A stretch of 26,411 bases of DNA, from the IMG/VR virus record IMGVR_UViG_3300024232_000064, positions 1 to 26,411 of that record; one strand, given 5' to 3'. Shown one piece after another: positions 23,768 to 26,411 of the stretch. Each line of letters begins with the position of its first letter. Within the stretch, counting starts at the first letter, position 1. The DNA is from a virus. Taxonomy: Duplodnaviria; Caudoviricetes. The notes beneath the pieces are model-generated. The model was not told where the DNA came from. It saw only the letters and a list, made by a program, of their open reading frames with translations, and searched no databases. The position numbers and the translations under genes are program-made.

Positions 23768-24514
23768 TCATTCGAAATGGCTGTTCGGGTTCGACTCTCC
23801 GCCTGTGTTCTTGGCAATCTCTTTCAATGCCTTAATACCCTGTGACCCAAACATTGGAGCAGAAGAAACATTGGAAGAGCCAAATACGTTGCCGCCTCCG
23901 CCGCCTTCCACCGCTTTGTGCCGCTCCATCGGCTTACTTTTGATGGAGTCAATTGCTTCGTCGATCTGGCCGCGCTGGCCTATAAGTTCTCCGCGCCGGA
24001 TGTCGTTATCATTCGCAAACATTTTGAGCCATGGATGTTTGTTTAATTGTCCGGATAGATATGTATCAATCTCGTCTCCGCCAGTCTTTTTAAGTTCCTT
24101 TTCATTAGCCTCTTTCATGTCCTCAAGGCGTTTCATCTGGTGGCCGGCCTGCGTGAGTTCCTTGCCTTCCTTCTCCATCCGGAACTCTTCCATTCCCTCC
24201 TTAAACCGCTTGTTGGCCTCCTGAATCTGCTCCATGCGCTCGGCAGCTTCTTTGGCCGCCTCTGCCTGTGCGTGAAGGGCTTCCTTAATGGCGATGATGC
24301 CAACTGCAAACACACCGATCGGAGAGGCGGCTGCATGGACGAGATGTGCTAACTCACGAGACGCCAGCTTTGCCACGCCCTGGAACTGATGGAGACTCAT
24401 GGACGTTTTATCTGCGTGGCCCTTCAGGTTTTCAATGTGGGCACCAGCCGCCTGAGCCGATGACCCCAGCTCATCCGCATTGCCGGTAATCTTAACGTTA
24501 ATTTTCTTGTCCAT
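23768..24514 (-). CDS. Putative short tape measure protein
   Basis: INVKITGNADEL N-terminus, helical Ala-rich body, hydrophobic PIGVFAVGIIAI, and a LKEIAKNT C-terminus typical of TMPs; only 248 aa. Confidence 0.6.
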   Translation of the reverse strand: MDKKINVKITGNADELGSSAQAAGAHIENLKGHADKTSMSLHQFQGVAKLASRELAHLVHAAASPIGVFAVGIIAIKEALHAQAEAAKEAAERMEQIQEANKRFKEGMEEFRMEKEGKELTQAGHQMKRLEDMKEANEKELKKTGGDEIDTYLSGQLNKHPWLKMFANDNDIRRGELIGQRGQIDEAIDSIKSKPMERHKAVEGGGGGNVFGSSNVSSAPMFGSQGIKALKEIAKNTGGESNPNSHFE

Positions 24515-24517
24515 TGC

Positions 24518-24865
24518 TTACACCTCAAACAGCTCGTCAATCTTCGCATCGATCGCTTCCAGTGTGGTCGGGCCTGCCTGTTCTATCGCATCGTCAAGGA
24601 AGGGCTGCGCTTTCGCGTGCGGTGTTCCATCGTTGACGCAGTTGGCATAGTCCACATCAGCCACAATTCTATACCCATCCTCGATGGGCTCGATATGTAA
24701 CGAGTCGGCCAGTGCGCCCGTTCTGCGTGGGGCCAGGTCGCGAGCGGTCTCAAGAATGGTGTTGGCGCCGTCTAACAGAGCGTCAGGCAGAATGTCATTT
24801 TGAATGAGGTTTGGCAGTTCTTCGAAGAACTCTTGCAGCTCGTCCGCGCCTTCGATTGTTACCAT
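24518..24865 (-). CDS. HK97 gp10-like tail completion/neck protein
   Basis: IEGADEL...APRRTGALADS...YANCVNDGT..AKAQPFL signature. Confidence 0.85.
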   Translation of the reverse strand: MVTIEGADELQEFFEELPNLIQNDILPDALLDGANTILETARDLAPRRTGALADSLHIEPIEDGYRIVADVDYANCVNDGTPHAKAQPFLDDAIEQAGPTTLEAIDAKIDELFEV

Positions 24866-25064
24866 TTTTCTTCATCCCGCCCATCATCCCTGCAATCGTC
24901 TTCATAATCGCTTTTGACTTCGCTATCTTGTCCGTCAACGGCTGCTCATTATTATAAAAGACGCGATAGTGCTCTAATTGGTATAGGTCCAGTAATTCCT
25001 TTATTTCTTCGACTGGCCGCCCCCATCGGTCGGAGAGGAGATACCAGACGTAATCATCTCGGAC
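24795..25064 (-). CDS. Tail assembly chaperone gpT-like extension (-1 frameshift product)
   Basis: The -1 frame after A AAA AAG reads VRDDYVWYLLSDRWGRPVEEIKELLDLYQLEHYRVFYNNEQP..., open to TGA at 24795. Confidence 0.72.
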   Translation of the reverse strand, partial: VRDDYVWYLLSDRWGRPVEEIKELLDLYQLEHYRVFYNNEQPLTDKIAKSKAIMKTIAGMMGGMKKNGNNRRRGRAARVLRRTAKPHSK

Positions 25065-25414
25065 TTTTTTTTTATCTCTTCACATGAATCCGGCGTCATG
25101 CCATTGATGTGCTGCGCTACTCCTGTGAGCCGGTCTTTTATTACGCTGTCCAGACTGTCTACTTCGTCGGCTGATGCAAAGATGGGCTTGCCGTCCGCAT
25201 CACACACCGTCATGGATACGAGAAGCGAGAGTAGCCCCAAAAACGCCTCGTCCCCCTTCGTTTCTGCCTCCACTCGCGCCTTTGATTGCGCCACATGGAA
25301 CGCGGTCGCTTCCGTGCCCGTCATTCGTTTCACGCACACATCGCAATCCAACTCTTCAATGTGTACTTTCTCGATACGTCGGTAGCCCAGAAGCTTCGTC
25401 TTTAGTTCGCTCAT
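25001..25414 (-). CDS. Tail assembly chaperone (gpG-like)
   Basis: VCVKRMTG, VCDADGKPIF and NGM...EEIKKK; follows the tail tube gene; slippery A9G at 25064-25073. Confidence 0.82.
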   Translation of the reverse strand: MSELKTKLLGYRRIEKVHIEELDCDVCVKRMTGTEATAFHVAQSKARVEAETKGDEAFLGLLSLLVSMTVCDADGKPIFASADEVDSLDSVIKDRLTGVAQHINGMTPDSCEEIKKKSEMITSGISSPTDGGGQSKK

Positions 25415-25452
25415 TCCTACCCGTCTCCCGGTCCTTGGGTATTACCGCTTGT

Positions 25453-25938
25453 TCAGCTTGCGGCACTCCATCCTACGGCCCCCGTGTCGTCGTAGATGTC
25501 CGACGAATCCGGGTCAACCACGTCCGTCAGTTCGATGACAATATCAGCGGTGACCACTTTTCCATTGAGTGGCCCAACGATTTCGTATGACTGTACGAAT
25601 CCGATCGCATCGAATTCTTCCTGCGAAGACTGGTATCCGCCCAGCTTCACAACCATATCCACCGGGTCATCCTCGCCGATCGGAATCGGTGACGAGGCAT
25701 CATGCTGGACGCGCAAGACGAGCTGGCCGGGGTCCACATAGATGCTGGGGATCTTCATTTTGTTGCCAAATCGGCCCGTGCCAAGCGTGGTTGGCTTGAC
25801 CCGCATGTTGGTGACTTCCAACATTTCACGCTCAATCTTCTTCCAGCCCAAATCCAGAATCTCAAGCACTACAGCGGACCCGTTGTAATCGAACTCAACG
25901 GAGCCCTGTGTTTGACCATGCTGGGGATATTGTGGCAT
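25453..25938 (-). CDS. Major tail tube protein
   Basis: IEREMLEVTNM, IPS..VDPGQL, GFVQSYEI and TADIVIELT match the siphophage tube pattern; GGAGG RBS. Confidence 0.78.
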   Translation of the reverse strand: MPQYPQHGQTQGSVEFDYNGSAVVLEILDLGWKKIEREMLEVTNMRVKPTTLGTGRFGNKMKIPSIYVDPGQLVLRVQHDASSPIPIGEDDPVDMVVKLGGYQSSQEEFDAIGFVQSYEIVGPLNGKVVTADIVIELTDVVDPDSSDIYDDTGAVGWSAAS

Positions 25939-26003
25939 GCGTAGTTACCTCCGGGAATTGCGTCTATTCTCTTCGGATGGCTCCCGGGCCACCGTACAAC
26001 AGG

Positions 26004-26411
26004 TCAAACGATTGCGTTCACAACGTAAACTGAATCTTTGTAATCTGCTGACCCATCAACGGCTGTATGCCAACTCACTGACGTACCACCCGTCAACAAC
26101 TGATTGAGGAAGTGAACCAGTCCTGTGCTGCTTACGTTCGTAAACGTCTTGTTATCGACTCCGGCACCCATCTCCGTCGCCAATGCTGTCAGCACATTGT
26201 TGATGCTGCTGGAGGCCGGCACGGTGGTCAGAGAGGAAATGAAGTCATCAGACGTGAGAATCTTGATGGCGATGGTTTTCACCAGTCCCTGCAGCGTCAA
26301 TGGACCCGCATCAATTGCGCTCGACCACGATGAAAAGTATTGCGCGATAATGGAGATTTCGGGTAGGTCAGCGCTCTCCTGATCGGACTTCGCTACCTGC
26401 TCCATCGTCCG
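26004..26411 (-). CDS. Putative virion protein (possibly 5'-truncated by the window edge)
   Basis: The frame is open to the window end; S/T-rich; lies upstream of the tail tube gene. Confidence 0.55.
   Translation of the reverse strand, partial: RTMEQVAKSDQESADLPEISIIAQYFSSWSSAIDAGPLTLQGLVKTIAIKILTSDDFISSLTTVPASSSINNVLTALATEMGAGVDNKTFTNVSSTGLVHFLNQLLTGGTSVSWHTAVDGSADYKDSVYVVNAIV

Overview
The window is about 26 kb of a tailed dsDNA phage genome, with almost every gene on the minus strand. Read in transcription order from the right end, it contains the end of a tail module: tube protein, chaperone with a -1 slippery site, HK97 gp10-like protein, a very short putative tape measure, a tip protein, a Thr-rich collagen-like fibre and a GT4 glycosyltransferase. 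Next is a small plus-strand lysogeny island: a CI-like repressor, a degenerate tyrosine-integrase ORF, an attP-like site holding the 5' half of tRNA-Arg(CCG) between TGTCCCCA arm repeats, and a membrane protein. The early operon starts with a Phd/YefM-like gene and two XRE genes, followed by a recombination/replication block (HNH, Sak4-like AAA ATPase, DUF669 SSB, HNH, primase-helicase, ori-like palindrome). After that come an accessory region of small ORFs, a late promoter, a holin/spanin-like cluster, a possible TerS, and TerL, which runs off the left edge and is missing from the ORF track. The most unusual feature is the accessory region (about 3.9-8.2 kb, plus 13.7-14.1 kb). Unrelated small genes there are joined by at least six families of 16-35 bp direct repeats that carry a gene end, RBS and start codon, and the order C-B-A occurs twice with different cargo genes. 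This resembles a cassette-shuffling array. All protein assignments come from motif recognition by eye; no database searches were run.
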